Shown here piece by piece: positions 1 to 12,365 of a stretch of 64,000 bases of DNA; position 1 is the stretch's first letter; each line of letters opens with the position of its first letter. The DNA lies in the NCBI GenBank assembly GCA_013239625.1, contig MU053319.1, positions 1-64,000 of the forward strand, written 5' to 3'. The translations under genes and the position numbers were made by a program. Source of the stretch: Lama guanicoe (lineage: Eukaryota). The notes beneath the pieces are model-generated. The model saw only the letters and a program-made list of their open reading frames with translations, ran no database searches and was not told the origin of the DNA.

Positions 1-940
1 GAGGCTTCCAACCCATAAAGACAAGGCTCCAGTGGAGCGTCCTCTGCTCTGGGTCAAAACCAGGGGAGCGAGTTTACGTGCTGGCCTTGGCCATGGTGTC
101 CAGGCGGCTCCATGGCCACTGACTAATTCCACTTACACAGAATGGCTGGTTGGGGAAAATCAGAGTAAGTCCCCTCAAGATGACTGCTGGCTCCCTCCAT
201 CTCTCTGTTCATGAATTCATTGGTATCAATAACATGCTCTTTTGATATAGTTGCCACAGAATATATTCAGCATTGTTTTTTCTACCTGATCTAGAGGCTA
301 AATTCACAAGTTGGTGGATTGGAGACCTCATTAATTTCTTTCTTTATTACCATTTTCTCCTTAAGAACTAGTGATAGTTAAAATGCATAATCCACAACTG
401 ATCATCTCTTTCAGACATAGTGACATTCTCAATGGTGCAAAGCAGTTAAAAAAGTCATTCCAACACATTCGTCATTGTTTCTCCCCATTACTCTACTGAT
501 TTCTCAGCCAGACAAGGCAATTGAAAACCAGAATGGTTTACAAGCACAGATTTGCCCTATATTTTCTTTCTACCCCCACCTGCAAAAAGAAATGACATCA
601 TTTTCTCAGTGAGAATGGAGAAATCAAGCTACTTTCCCAACCACTCTGTTCCTGTGGTCAGGAGGGCTTACCTGCTGTCCTCTTTCCATTATGGATTAAT
701 GCTTTGGAAGACGGTGCCCTAAGGTGCCAAACCTGGAATCAAGGATCTACTTCTAGAGAACACATTGCCTTGTGACATCCCGTAGGAAATGCAGTTTAGT
801 TTTAATTGGCTTAAGTGAAGTTCAGGCTACCATATGATATGATATAATTTATTGCAAAGACTTCAAAAATTCAGGTTCTAGAAAGTTCAGTGTTTCTGGT
901 AGGATCCAGTTGTAAGACACAGAAACCTTTCTGTTTATCT

Positions 941-1213
941 ATTTTTTTTCCTTTTAGGTTAGACTTTATTTTATCACCCAGATTTTTATTTATTTTTATT
1001 TTTATACTTATTATTTTTATTTTTATATATTATATTTTTATTTTATATTTATTATTTTTATATATTATATTTATTTTTATTTCTGAGGATTGGGGTTTTT
1101 AGGATGTAGGGGTGCTAATTAAGTTTATTTATTTTAATGGAGGTACTGGGGATTGAACCATGGACCTTGGTCATGCTAGGCATGCATTCTACCACTGATC
1201 TATGCCCTCCCCC
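941..1213 (-). mobile_element. Camelid tRNA-derived SINE (vic-1 type) with expanded AT-rich tail
   Basis: Minus strand reads GGGGAGGGCATAGATCAGTGGTAGAATGCATGCCTAGCATGACCAAGGTCCATGGTTCAATCCCCAGTACCTCC (tRNA-like A and B boxes), then an A-rich tail. TSD CTGTTTATCT at 931-940 and 1214-1223. Confidence 0.9.
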
Positions 1214-2411
1214 CTGTTTATCTTAAGTTAATTTAACAAAAGTAACAAAGTGGTGGCATGTGTCAGAGGCAGGGCCCTGAGAAATGACCTCCAGGACAAC
1301 ACTGGCACATTGGCTTCCCAGGGGTGTCTACCAACCAGGGTGGTGGAGACACCCCCGGAACACACACTTTGCCCCCTGCTTGGCATCTGTGAAGGCAGAG
1401 ACTGGAAAGCTGGACATTATTGCAGAAAAAGACCACAGTTCCAAATTTCACACAAGTGCATCAATTTGATAGAACCTAAATTTCAATCAGAATCCTAGCC
1501 ACAGGGCAGCACAGAAAATGACATTTAGTTTTGCAGCCTCTGTAGTTCAGGAAGGCACAAGAAAAGAGGTCATTGCAGACACAGAAACCAGTTCATCTCC
1601 TGTACTGTGTAATCCCAACCCTTCCAATTCTGGTCTTTAAGATCTTCTATGATTTTACCTCCTTTATTTCCAACTGTGCCTCCCACCCACTATACCTTTA
1701 GAAAACATTTTTAAGATCAACAGTCTCTAGTTTATTTCTAATAGAAAGAAATTTTCAGAATTTACAAATTCTTATATCATTCATTGACAGGAAAGTTTTG
1801 ATTTGAAGGCATTACCCATGTCTTCTTTTCACACTGTATACATTGATTTATTGAAATATTGAATATTGAAATATTGATTTCCTTTTCTTGTGATTTTGTT
1901 TCCATTCAAATGACAGTTTTAAGCTGACACTTGAAAATACCCAGTGGAATATTTCCTTCTTCGGTTTACTTAAGATGGCTTATTGCCTTATGGAGAAAAT
2001 ACAAAATTAAGATTAAGTATTATAAGGATCTCAGCTTAACATCCAAGCTATAGTACAAGAGATAGTATTATTAAATATAACTGTATGATTGAGAATCATC
2101 TATAGCACTGTGATTCGTGTTATATTATATTTTGGAGTTACAAGCTTAAAATAAGAAGCCACCTTATTCAGCTCTTTGACCTTTCTTATGAATTTGCTCC
2201 ACTCTTTACAACAGAACATTGTATACTTCAGTTGCACATTCCCAAAATATATGTGCTGTAAGAAAACTTATATTTTAATCTAAAAAACTTACACATATAA
2301 ATCAAAACTCTTGTCAAATATTTAATACTCCCTCCACCCAACGTGAACAGTTTTGTATGAAATAACTTACAATGATGCTTTGTTGTACACAGTTTCAGCA
2401 GCAGATGAAAT

Positions 2412-3032
2412 TGTTAGAGCAGGCAGATAGCTGGATACGAGCAGAGAAAGGAGAGACACAGGCCAAATGCAGGAAACCCCACATCATGGAAGCACCAGGG
2501 GTCCCTGGGCAGAGAAAGAAAAGCAGAAACCTCTGGGCTGATAAGTGGTCACAAATCTGGGGATGATAAGTGGCCCAGAGGTCGGCATGGAAAAGTGGGA
2601 AAAGGCAGGGATCTCTAGTGTCTGAATGTAAACTTTTGCTCATTATGCCCTCATTTCAATAAAATTAGCCTTGCAGATAAGAACTACCCATCATGCACTG
2701 ATTCCATGACACTTCCGATCCAGACTAAATAAGAACAAAAATCCCTCCTCCCTTTAGGAAGGTGGGGTTGGGATGAAAATCAGGGAATACGACCTCAGAC
2801 CCTTCCCTCCCTAGTGAATATTCCACCCATTCATTTTTACACCCTCTGTAACCAACTTGCCAAAGAAACTTGGGGCAGCCGCTCGCCTGAGCCTGCCCAC
2901 TCTCCCCTTGAGAGTGTGCTCTCCAACCTTTAATAAATTTTCACTTCACTGTTTGAACCACTACGTCTTGTCTCTGAATTCTTTCTAGGATGAGACAAGA
3001 ACCTGGAACACTGGTTACATCCACCGGCAACA
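2412..3032 (+). mobile_element. ERV solo LTR
   Basis: TGTTAGAGC...CAACA termini, AATAAA near 2932 and a U5-like GAATTCTTT...AAGAACC motif. 5' end is homologous to the LTR at 17622-18167. No TSD seen. Confidence 0.75.
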
Positions 3033-3153
3033 TCCTCACAGTGCGTTTTTCTTGGCGTGATGCAGAATGCACAGACACCTAGACTGTGTGAAACAAACAA
3101 ACTGAAATGACGCCTCACATCGTCGACTATGGAGGAAGAAACAAGGTCCTGGT

Positions 3154-3683
3154 TGTGAATCATAAACTATTTAGGGTCTGGGTAACCAGGAGTTAGAGGA
3201 GGATCTGCTGACGGCATTTAGGTCTTCCTTCTGCTGTGATATTGGAGGAGTAGGAAACAAAATAACAAACTGGCTTCATGGCCATTACGCTCCCCTCTGC
3301 CTAGACAGTCTTTACTGAGAATAGCTTCACCCCAGATGCCACACCCCAGGAAGGAGGTAATGGGCTGATAATCTCATAAGAATGGACAGACCCTCTGGAG
3401 TTCCTCCAAGAAGGAGGGAAGATTCACCAAGGCTAAGAGGAATGTAGCACCCTGTAAAATGCCCTGATTCTTATCACATTTTCTGTTCCATCCAGATTTT
3501 CAATAAAACCTCAGGACCCCAATCCAAGAGGGCTTCTCAGTTTCTAAGGCATTAGCCTGTTGCGACTCCCCTTTTCCTGGCAAAGCAATAAAGCTGTTCT
3601 TTTCTGATTTCCCCAAAACTCTGCCTCTGAGTCCTAATTCGGTTTTCTGAGTACAGAGGCCAGTTTTGCAGGATCGGTATTCA
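3154..3683 (+). mobile_element. ERV1-type LTR (boundaries approximate)
   Basis: R/U5 signature CCTGGCAAAGCAATAAAGCTGTTCTTTTCT...CCAAAACTCTGCCTCTGAG...AATTCGG ending in CA. Confidence 0.6.
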
Positions 3684-4288
3684 CCGAAATACTGGAGCAC
3701 CTCTCTCAGGAAAACTGAATTCCTTTATAAGGTTTCCTGAGTATACTGCAAAATTTCCTCTCTCTGTGTCTTTGATTATCATTTTTCCTTTTCATCTGTC
3801 CTAAACCTACCCTTTCTTTAGTGCAAAAGTCTCTTCCTAATCACTGGTTAAAGTTTTATTTCTCTTAGAAGATCATTGACCTTTGAAATCAGTCTCTTTT
3901 TGATCATCTTTGTCTCTCTCACTTACAATTGTAACACAGTGTCATGAATACAGGAGCCCAATAAACATCTAAAAATATAACAAAAGCAATTTTGTAATTT
4001 GTACCACTAATTTCCTTCACACATACTTTATGTAATGTGAACTTCACTGTTAATAAACAAATACCACTCCTAGGGAATTAATTTTCAAAATGTTTTCAAG
4101 GTTCAGGGCATTTTATTCAAGCAAAAAAATGTACCCAGATGACTAGTAGACTTCAAGGATTTTCTGATTGAGGCGGTATCCACAATCCCAGTGTTAACCC
4201 ATGGCCACCCCCCTAGACACACAGAGGCCCTGATGGAAATTCCTTAGACCCACTCAAAATACAGTGTTATAAACCGCATCCCATGTGA

Positions 4289-4310
4289 GTGTGTGTGTGT
4301 GTGTGTGTGT
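4289..4310. repeat. (GT)11 microsatellite
   Basis: Perfect GT dinucleotide run. Confidence 0.95.
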
Positions 4311-5108
4311 AAGTATTCTTGAGAACACAGTAACATCCAGGAGCATTGTGGAGTTATTACTTAACTGGATTCACAGGATACTCTATAATAACTAGGACCT
4401 AGATACTTTAATTCCATACATTCTTACCTGCCCTGCATCAAAGCTGAGGAAGATGAAGGTAAAGAATGGATACATAGAAAATAGACCAGACAGAAAAGAA
4501 AGGAAAAAGAAAGGAATGAAGAGAAAGAAGAAAACTAAATGGCTGTGGGAATTACAGGATGGAAGGATGGGACTTCCTGCATGGGAGAAGGGAAAAGAAA
4601 AAGAAGAAAAGAAATATGATACAGATCATCAACACCTCATGAAGGAAGCTTCCAGAGTCCCTAATTCATCCCCTGGACTAGGTTAAATACTTCCCTTCGT
4701 TTTCCTTGTCATATTCTGAATAGTCCTATTATTTGGAAAGTCATAGAATTCATAGAACCATTCATAGTTTATAAAACTAATTAAATTCTCTTTATATATG
4801 TACAGAGAAAACACACCTCACAAAGAGTGGACCATTATTTCTAGTCCCCATCATACTCAAAAGGCGAGCTGTTCCAAATCTGACACCATTTTCCTCTCAT
4901 CTAAAACATCTGTCTGTTGGACTCTACTTTAAAATTGTATGTAATGAAACACTACAGGTTGATGTTATCAGGATTTAGTAAAGAAGATAAAATAAAATGG
5001 TTACTACTGATCCCACAAGATTTCACAGGTTGTTTCAATTAGGAAAAATGCTATTGGTTTTATGTTCTATTCATGTAGCCAGATTTTTTTTTATATTTCT
5101 TCTTCCAT

Positions 5109-5872
5109 CCACAGAATACAATATGTTTTTATGTAGCCCCAGTATTCTTCACAAACTGCCTAAAGTGTGATATATTGTGAACTTTCTATTGTATTTCTTT
5201 TAAATATATATATATATATGTATATAACATTTATTTCATCAAATTGATATTGCTCCTTTCTGAAATGTTATATTGGTTGAGATTTGCAGAAGGAAGACAA
5301 GATCATCCTATTTGCAGGATTTTGCACACATAAAAATTGCTACTTACTATTATCTGGCTGTAGAAGGTAGAAAACCAGTAAGTGTGGTGCTGTATTCTTG
5401 TCAAGTATGTTTGGGTTATCAGGTGGTTACAGTAGGGGATTTACAAATGGAAAGTGCTTTCTTTTCCATTTTATAACCAACCACTGATTCATCATCTGAC
5501 CTTTCCATTGACCTCTCTGTATCTCAGTTCAGCTGGGGAATTAGGGGAAAATTAGAATTTTGCTGACAGCTAGATGTTGCATCATATCTGAATATATTAC
5601 ACAGAAATTACACATAGCTTTCTTATCTTTCACTATGCAAAAAACTTGACAATGACTAAAAAATATTTCTGCTTCACTAAGTGTTTACTGTTCTATTAAA
5701 ATGTGTCTCATACCTAAGGAAAGAACCTTTAAATAATTATTACATTTCAATTTAAATGAGTGACTTATTAACTTAGAATATTTATCTTTAACATAAACGT
5801 GAATGCATTCATTTACTATTAATGTAAAATATACCTTATATTTGTCTTGTTATATACACCTTGTAGGTGTAA
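5109..5872 (+). repeat. Local duplication unit A, copy 1
   Basis: Direct repeat of 7263-8021, with roughly 25-30 substitutions plus small indels counted by eye. Confidence 0.95.
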
Positions 5873-5949
5873 CATTGATGTGTATGTGCACATACAGGGA
5901 GGACTGGACTGAGCTGGAACTTTCTCCATGGCTGTGCTGCCTGAACCGA

Positions 5950-6012
5950 GTCAGCATCTGATACCTAGTAGGGACTTAATACATGTTTGTTGAATGAAGG
6001 AAGGAAGGAATG
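5950..6012 (+). mobile_element. L2 3' end fragment
   Basis: CCTAGTAGGGACTTAATACATGTTTGTTGAATGAAGGAAGG resembles the L2 3' terminus. Confidence 0.6.
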
Positions 6013-6142
6013 GGCAAAATGTCTATCGTTACATCGACAATTATGTAAATAATGTCATACTTGAATATGAAAAGGAAACGTGTCTTTGTTCATGTCACAA
6101 AAAGTCCTCAATACACCCTCATTCTACAGGGCAATGAAGGAG

Positions 6143-6821
6143 TGATACGGAAATTGAGGAGGACACAGTGGGGCCTTCCCAGAAACAAAATCCTCCCCAT
6201 CATCCCCATTTCTTATTTATAGAAAAAGACTTTAGTCTTCAGGGTCTTCTCTGAGTTGTAAGAGCAGACTGAAGCAGTAATTAATTAGGGAAGTGAGGAA
6301 ACCCAAAACAAAGGAAACACAATGGCCTTGAAGGTAACAGCGGGGCCAATTGGGAATTGAAATTCTTCATCCGTAACATAGGCTTTAAGTAAATAATAAA
6401 ACGCATCAGTCATGGCTTTTGTTCTCTCGTATAAAGGAGCTAAGAGAGCACAAGACCCTGACTTACTGGTGTGCTTTGCAGGGACACACAGATCCATCAC
6501 AATTGCCAGTGACACCTGGACTCACAAGCTGGTGCCCAGAGGTCTGCAAGGGAGATCTTAATCCCAAAGCTGAAATCACAAAATCCCCCCTCCCATTGAT
6601 CCTTTGTGCCTTTAAAAATCTTGTGCCCCAGCCAGGCAGCCAGTCAGCAAGATGGATTTGAGAGAAAACTAAGTCTCCCATCTTCTGGGTTGGTGGCCTC
6701 TTGATCAATAAACCTTGCTCTGCTCCAAACTCTGATGTTTTGTTTTGCTTGGCCTCACTGTGCACTGTGCACTGTGCAGGTGGAGGGAGACAGAATAGCA
6801 ATAAAGGCTGCTATTTCAACA
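6143..6821 (+). mobile_element. ERV solo LTR
   Basis: TGATAC...TTTCAACA termini, TTTAAAA TATA-like box near 6611, AATAAA near 6707. Flanks AGGAG/TGGAG are an imperfect TSD. Confidence 0.7.
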
Positions 6822-7043
6822 TGGAGACCACTAGCCCCACTTCAACGTCGATTCCACTTTCAGAACCCCTGCGATGCCCCCTTTGAAACATGTTATTTTT
6901 TAGTCACTTAAGAAATTAACAAAGAGTTTTGAGCAAAATTAACTAAGGACTTGAGTTCCTATTAATGTTGATGGATAGTTTGGGCCAATTAACTTACATC
7001 CTAATATTCCACTCTCCGTGTGTGAGATACAGGTACAGACAAC

Positions 7044-7262
7044 TGTGAATGAAAAATCTTGCCAGACATATCAGTAAACAGAGGATGCGACAGCCATCAA
7101 GCCATCAGCTGCTGCCACCACCCCTTACAGTGAGTGGGGGGAAACTCAGGATGCAGACAAGCAGGCAGCCCCAGTGGTGCCCCCTGAGGGGACCCAGGCT
7201 GCAAAAGGACAGGACACTGGTCCTGGATCACTAAAGTGCACATCAAAGGAATGATTCCAGTA
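7044..7262 (+). mobile_element. 5' fragment of an ERV1 LTR, truncated by duplication unit A'
   Basis: Homologous to the reverse complement of the LTRs at 11348-11834 and 22277-22717 (ATCAGTAAACA...GCCATCAAG...CCCTGAGGGGAC...AAAGGACAGGAC). Stops abruptly where A' begins. Confidence 0.8.
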
Positions 7263-8021
7263 CCACAGAATACAATATGGTTTTATGTAGCCCCAGTATT
7301 CTTCACAAACTGCCTAAAGTGTGATATATTGTGAACTTTCTATCGTATTTCTTTAAAAAAATATATATATATAACATTTATTTCATCAAATTGATATTGC
7401 TTCTTTCTGAAATGTCATATTGGTTGAGCTTTGCAGAAGAAAGACAAGATCATCCTATTTGCAGGATTTCGCAGGCATACTAATTGCTACTTACTATTAT
7501 CTGGCTGCAGAAGGTAGAAAATCAGCAAGGGTGGTGCTGTATTCTTGTCAAGTATGTTTGGGTTATCAGGCGGTTACAGTAGGGGATTTACAAATGGAAG
7601 GTGCCTTCTTTTCCATTTTATAACCAACCACTGATTCATCATCTGACCTTAGTCCATTGACCTCTCTGTATCTCAGTTCAACTGGGGAATTTGGGGAAAA
7701 TTAGAATTTTGCTGACAGCTAGATGTTGCATCTTATCTGAATATATTACACAGAAATTACACACAGCTTTCTTATCTTTCACTATGCAAAAAACTTGACA
7801 ATGACTAAAAAATATTTCTGCTTCACTAAGTGTTTACTGTTGTATTAAAATGTGTCTCATACCTAAGGAAAAAAACTTTAAATAATTATTACATTTAAAT
7901 TTAAATGAGTGACTTATTAACTTAGAATATTTATCTTTAACATAAACGTGAATGCATTCATTTACTATTAATGTAAAATATACCTTATATTTGTCTTATT
8001 ATATACACCTTGTAGGTGTAA
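7263..8021 (+). repeat. Local duplication unit A, copy 2
   Basis: Direct repeat of 5109-5872. Confidence 0.95.
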
Positions 8022-8732
8022 ATATTTCCTGTTGTTGCATTTGCTCCCCAAGTCTCCATGAGGCAAAAGTCCAGGATCTATGTATTCGGTCTACAAACTC
8101 TTTTCTAATCTCAGATGCATTATGCCAGTGAATAACTTAGGAAGGGTAAGGGGGTGAGTGTGTTGGGGTAAACAGGATGCAGTAGAAGGCCGCTTTGGTC
8201 ATAGATCAAAGACTTTTCTTTAAGCAGCTCTATCCATAAAGTAGCTCCATCAGTTCCAAACTTAGAAAGTAGACAAAGGTGCTATTTATCAGCCTCCTAT
8301 TACCTTAAAACCAAACATATAAGTACTTCTACATGGCAGAATAAAAGGAAGAACATGAAGCAAATTATAACTAATTTTATGATATTTGGTGAAATTTGTG
8401 AAACTCTTTTCTTTATAAGCTCAAGCCAACACATTCTGTTATACCTAAGAATTTTTAAAAAATTCTAATTGATTTTCTATCGATGGTACCCATTAAATCA
8501 AACACTTTAAAGCAAAAAGTTACTTTAAAGTTTATGTATTTCAAGTTTTCATTCACAGGTAAGTAAAATGAAAATATAAAAATAATAATGTATCACATGG
8601 ATAGATAAATGCTAGTCCTAGAGTTCAGATCTAATGCATCTCAGTTATATTCTTTCAATTGTCTTTAAAAAAAAAATCCTTTCATTCTGTACAGAAAACA
8701 AAGTGGAGGAGAAACTCAAGTTGTGTAATTAC

Positions 8733-9096
8733 TAGTCTTATTCAGCTGGGCTACTGTAACAAAACACCACAAACTGTGTGGCTTACACAACAGACATTTA
8801 TTTCTGACAGTTCTGGAGGCTGGAGAGTCCAAGATCAAGGTGCTGGCAGACTGGGTTCAAAGTGAGAACCTTTCCCCCTCCTGGCTTTTACTGTAGACAG
8901 CTGCCTTCTCGTGGGCCTTTCTTGGAAGCTTGCATGCTGAGAGAGATTTGTAAGGTCTCTCATCCCCTCATAGGGGCCACACACTGTTGACTCCACTAAA
9001 CATAAAGGCCTCAGCTCCTCAGAGCATCACATTGGGGGTTAAGGTCTCAAAATATGAATGAAATTGGATGGGGACAGAAATACTCAGTCCATAAAA
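8733..9096 (-). mobile_element. MaLR MLT1-type LTR (in unit B)
   Basis: GCTACTGTAACAAAACACCACAAACTG...CATTTATTTCTGACAGTTCTGGAGGCTGG...TCCAAGATCAAGGTGCTGGCA is a hallmark MLT1 motif. Confidence 0.85.
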
Positions 9097-9196
9097 GTTA
9101 CCACTTCCATTTTAGATTATATATAAAATCCTGTATTTACCCACACTCATATATATGCATGTGTATGTACGTACCTGTGAATCTATTCCTATATTC

Positions 9197-9611
9197 TGTC
9201 AACTGAAATAAATGCACAGCCTAAAAGCTGAGAGTTATGTTTTATTTGGTGGACATTTCTGAGGACTTAAGCCCAGGATGACAGCCTTTCAGATAGCTCT
9301 GAGGGGCTGCTCCAAAATGGTAGGGGAGGGGCCAGGATATATAGGAGTTTTACAACAAAGACCAGGTAGTTGGAACATTAAAATGTCACTTGTTACCTAA
9401 AGAAAACCAGGCATCTCCAGTTAAAGAATTTAGTGCTTTTCTATGTAGGGGAGGAAGCAAACATTTGGGCCCATTGAATTCATTCCTTTGACAAGCACCT
9501 AGCCATCTAGGGCCAGCGTCCTGTCCTTTCTTATTCTGAGTCCCCTCAGGGTGCACCACTGTGAGTGGCTGCAGAGGCTGGGCTGCAGGGATGTCCTCAC
9601 TAGGAGGTGGG
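9197..9611 (-). mobile_element. ERV1 LTR, 5'-truncated duplicate copy
   Basis: Matches 11348-11761 but lacks the last ~70 bp and the second TSD. Confidence 0.85.
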
Positions 9612-10200
9612 AGTCATTTTACAGCATTGACATATCCCTGGAATCCACTAAGGAAATTTTTAAGACAAATAATTAAATATACACGGAATCAACTACTAGC
9701 CCATGTCAAAATATCTGAAAAATTTGATCTATTCATTTGGATTCCATGAGGGAAAAGTTCACTCCCACCGTTTGCTTTACTGAACAACAGAATAAAGAGT
9801 CGAAGGCAAAAGCCCACATCTGCAGGTCTTCACTATTTGACTCCACTGAGGCTATAATTAAAGCATTGGACTCCCAGAAAAATGCATCCTCCATGTACAC
9901 ACACACACAACATTTTCAGGATATCCTTAAGCATATTGAAATTGGACTTCAATTCAAAAGAAGTCAGAATCCCGTCTACTGAGCAGAAGACACAGAATAT
10001 GTCTTCCCCACTCCTCACTTCTCCATGTCAAGAAGCACCTTAGTTAGAGCAATACTACTGGACCCCTCACTCGCTCCTATATCCATCCTGAGCCCTGGGG
10101 GGAAACGTTAGTTCTTGGATTGTTTGGTGACATCCATTGCAACACGTTCCCTTCTTGGGTGCGAGGGTTACTTTATCAAACTCTGCAGAAACTGAGTAGT

Positions 10201-11761
10201 TATTTCCTGTTGCTGCATTTGCTCCCCAAGCCTCCGTGAGGCAAAAGTCCAGGATCTATGTATTCTGTCTACAAACTCATTTCTAATCTCAAATGCATTA
10301 TGCCAGTGAATAACTTAGGAAGGGTAAGGGGGTGAGTGTGTTGGGGTAAACAGGACACAGTAGAAGACCACTTTGGTCATAGATCAAAGCCTTTTCTTTA
10401 AGCAGCTGTATCCATAATGTAGCTCCATCAGTTCCAAACTTAGAAAGTAGACAAAGGTGCTATTTATCAACCTCCTATTACCTTAAAACCAAACATATAA
10501 GTACTTCTACATGGCAGAATAAAAGGAAGAACATGAAGCAAACTGTAACTAATTTTATGACATTTGGTGAAATTTGTGAAACTCTTTTCTTTATAAGCTC
10601 AAGCCAACACACTCTGTTATACCCAAGAATTTTTTTACAAATACTAATTGATTTTCTATCGATGGTACCCATTAAATCAAACACTTTAACGCAAAAAGTT
10701 ACTTAAGTTTATGTATTTCAAATTTTTATTTACAGGTAAGTAAAACAAAAATATAAAAATAATAATGTACCACATGGATAGATAAATGCTAGTCCTAGAG
10801 TTCAGATCTAATGCATCTCAGTTATATTCTTTCAATTATTTAAAAAAACTTTCATTCTGTACAGAAAACAAAGTGGAGGAGAAACTCAAGTTGTGTAATT
10901 ACTAGTCTTATTCAGCTGGGCTACTGTAACAAAACACCACAAACTGTGTGGCTTACACAACAGACATTTATTTCTGACAGTTCTGGAGGCTGGAGAGTCC
11001 AAGATCAAGGTGCTGGCAGACTGGGTTCAAGGTGAGAACCTTCCCCCGCTCCTGGCTTTTACTGTAGACAGCTGCCTTCTTGAGGGCCTTTCTTGGAAGC
11101 TTGCGTGCACTCATCCCCTCATGGGGGCCACACACTGTTGACTCATCTCAACCTAAAGGCCTCAGCTCCTCAGAGCATCACACTGGGGGTTAAGGTCTCA
11201 ACATATGAATGAAATTGGATGGGGACAGGAATACTCAGTTCATAAAAGTTACCACTTCCATTTTAGATTATATATAAAATCCTGTATTTACCCACACTCA
11301 TATATATGCATGTGTATGTACGTACCTGTGAATCTATTCCTATATTCTCTCAACTGAAATAAATGCACAGCCTAAAAGCTGACAGTTATGTTTTATTCGG
11401 TGGACATTTCTGAGGACTTAAGTCCAGGATGACAGCCTCTCAGATAGCTCTGAGGGGCTGCTCCAAAAAGGTAGGGGAGGGGCCAGGATATACAGAAGTT
11501 TTACAACAAAGACCAGGTAGTTGGAACATTAAAATGTCACTTGTTACCTAAAGAAAACCACGCATCTCCAGTTAAAGAATTTAGTGCTTTTCTATGTATG
11601 GGAGGCAGCAAACATTTGGGCCCATTGAATTCATTCCTTTGACAAGCACCTAGCCATCTAGGGCCAGCGTCCTGTCCTTTCTTATTCTGAGTCCCCTCAG
11701 GGTGCACCACTGTGAGTGGCTGCAGAGGCCGGGCTGCAGGCATGTCCTCACTAGGAGGTGG
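10201..11761 (+). repeat. Local duplication unit B, probable source copy
   Basis: Direct repeat of 8023-9611. Continues into a complete LTR with TSD. Confidence 0.95.
10903..11246 (-). mobile_element. MaLR MLT1-type LTR (in unit B')
   Basis: Duplicate of 8733-9096 with a ~20-bp internal deletion. Confidence 0.85.
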
Positions 11762-11834
11762 GGCAGGCGCTGATGACTTGATGGCTTCAGCCTTCTTTGT
11801 TTACTGATACGATCGGCGGTATTTTTTATTCACA
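11348..11834 (-). mobile_element. Complete ERV1 solo LTR
   Basis: 4-bp TSD ATTC at 11344-11347 and 11835-11838. Minus-strand AATAAA (TTTATT near 11392). Same family as the LTRs at 7044, 9197 and 22277. Confidence 0.9.
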
Positions 11835-11837
11835 ATT

Positions 11838-11998
11838 CACATACCTATATATGCATATATATGTACATGTGTGTATATATACCCGTATATGCATCCACCT
11901 ATATACATGCATATGTACTTGTGTGTGTGTGTGTATATTCTGATGTTCACACACATACATGCATGTACATATGTACATATATATGTTTACACACACAA
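11838..11998. repeat. Degenerate (TA/CA/TG)n low-complexity tract
   Basis: Alternating purine-pyrimidine tract. Confidence 0.85.
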
Positions 11999-12365
11999 AG
12001 ACTCCTTTCACACCATGTTTATTCTTGGTGTGCTGTGACTAAGATTCTTATAGACATTGGAGAATAAACAATTAAATAATATTGACTGCCACCTGTAGCA
12101 GTTTGGCAGTTAGAAGAATAAAGTCCTAAACATCTATCTTTGAATTCTTCTCTTTGTTTCCTTTTTGTACCTAGCCTTTAGGATTGACCATTTAAATAGA
12201 TATTTTTGCTCTGCCTTCTGGGCATCACACTTAAATTGTTCAGTAAAATGAGTTGTCTATGAGCACTGCATCAGAATCATGTTCTAAAGGTGCCTCTGTT
12301 GTTTCTGTTTTATTAACCCTCATGTGGCAGCACATGGAAAGAAGCTAGTTTACTTCCCCTACATC

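Larger units (their letters stand above)
8023..9611 (+). repeat. Local duplication unit B, truncated copy
   Basis: Direct repeat of 10201-11761, a few percent diverged. Ends inside an LTR. Confidence 0.95.

Noticed and set aside
890..1102. Hydrophobic membrane microprotein ORF
   Set aside because: It is the translation of the T-rich SINE tail.
1140..1213. tRNA gene
   Set aside because: The tRNA-like head belongs to a SINE with tail and TSD, and the cloverleaf is degenerate.
660..4460. Isolated minus-strand donors (CAG|GTAAGC near 671, CAG|GTAAGA near 4427 with a possible 16-nt microexon)
   Set aside because: Consensus donors occur by chance at this frequency, and there is no supporting frame or other evidence.
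5273..7623. Paired 67-aa ORFs (5273-5476 and 7420-7623) as a duplicated small gene
   Set aside because: TTG starts and many amino-acid-changing differences. The pairing is explained by the DNA duplication.
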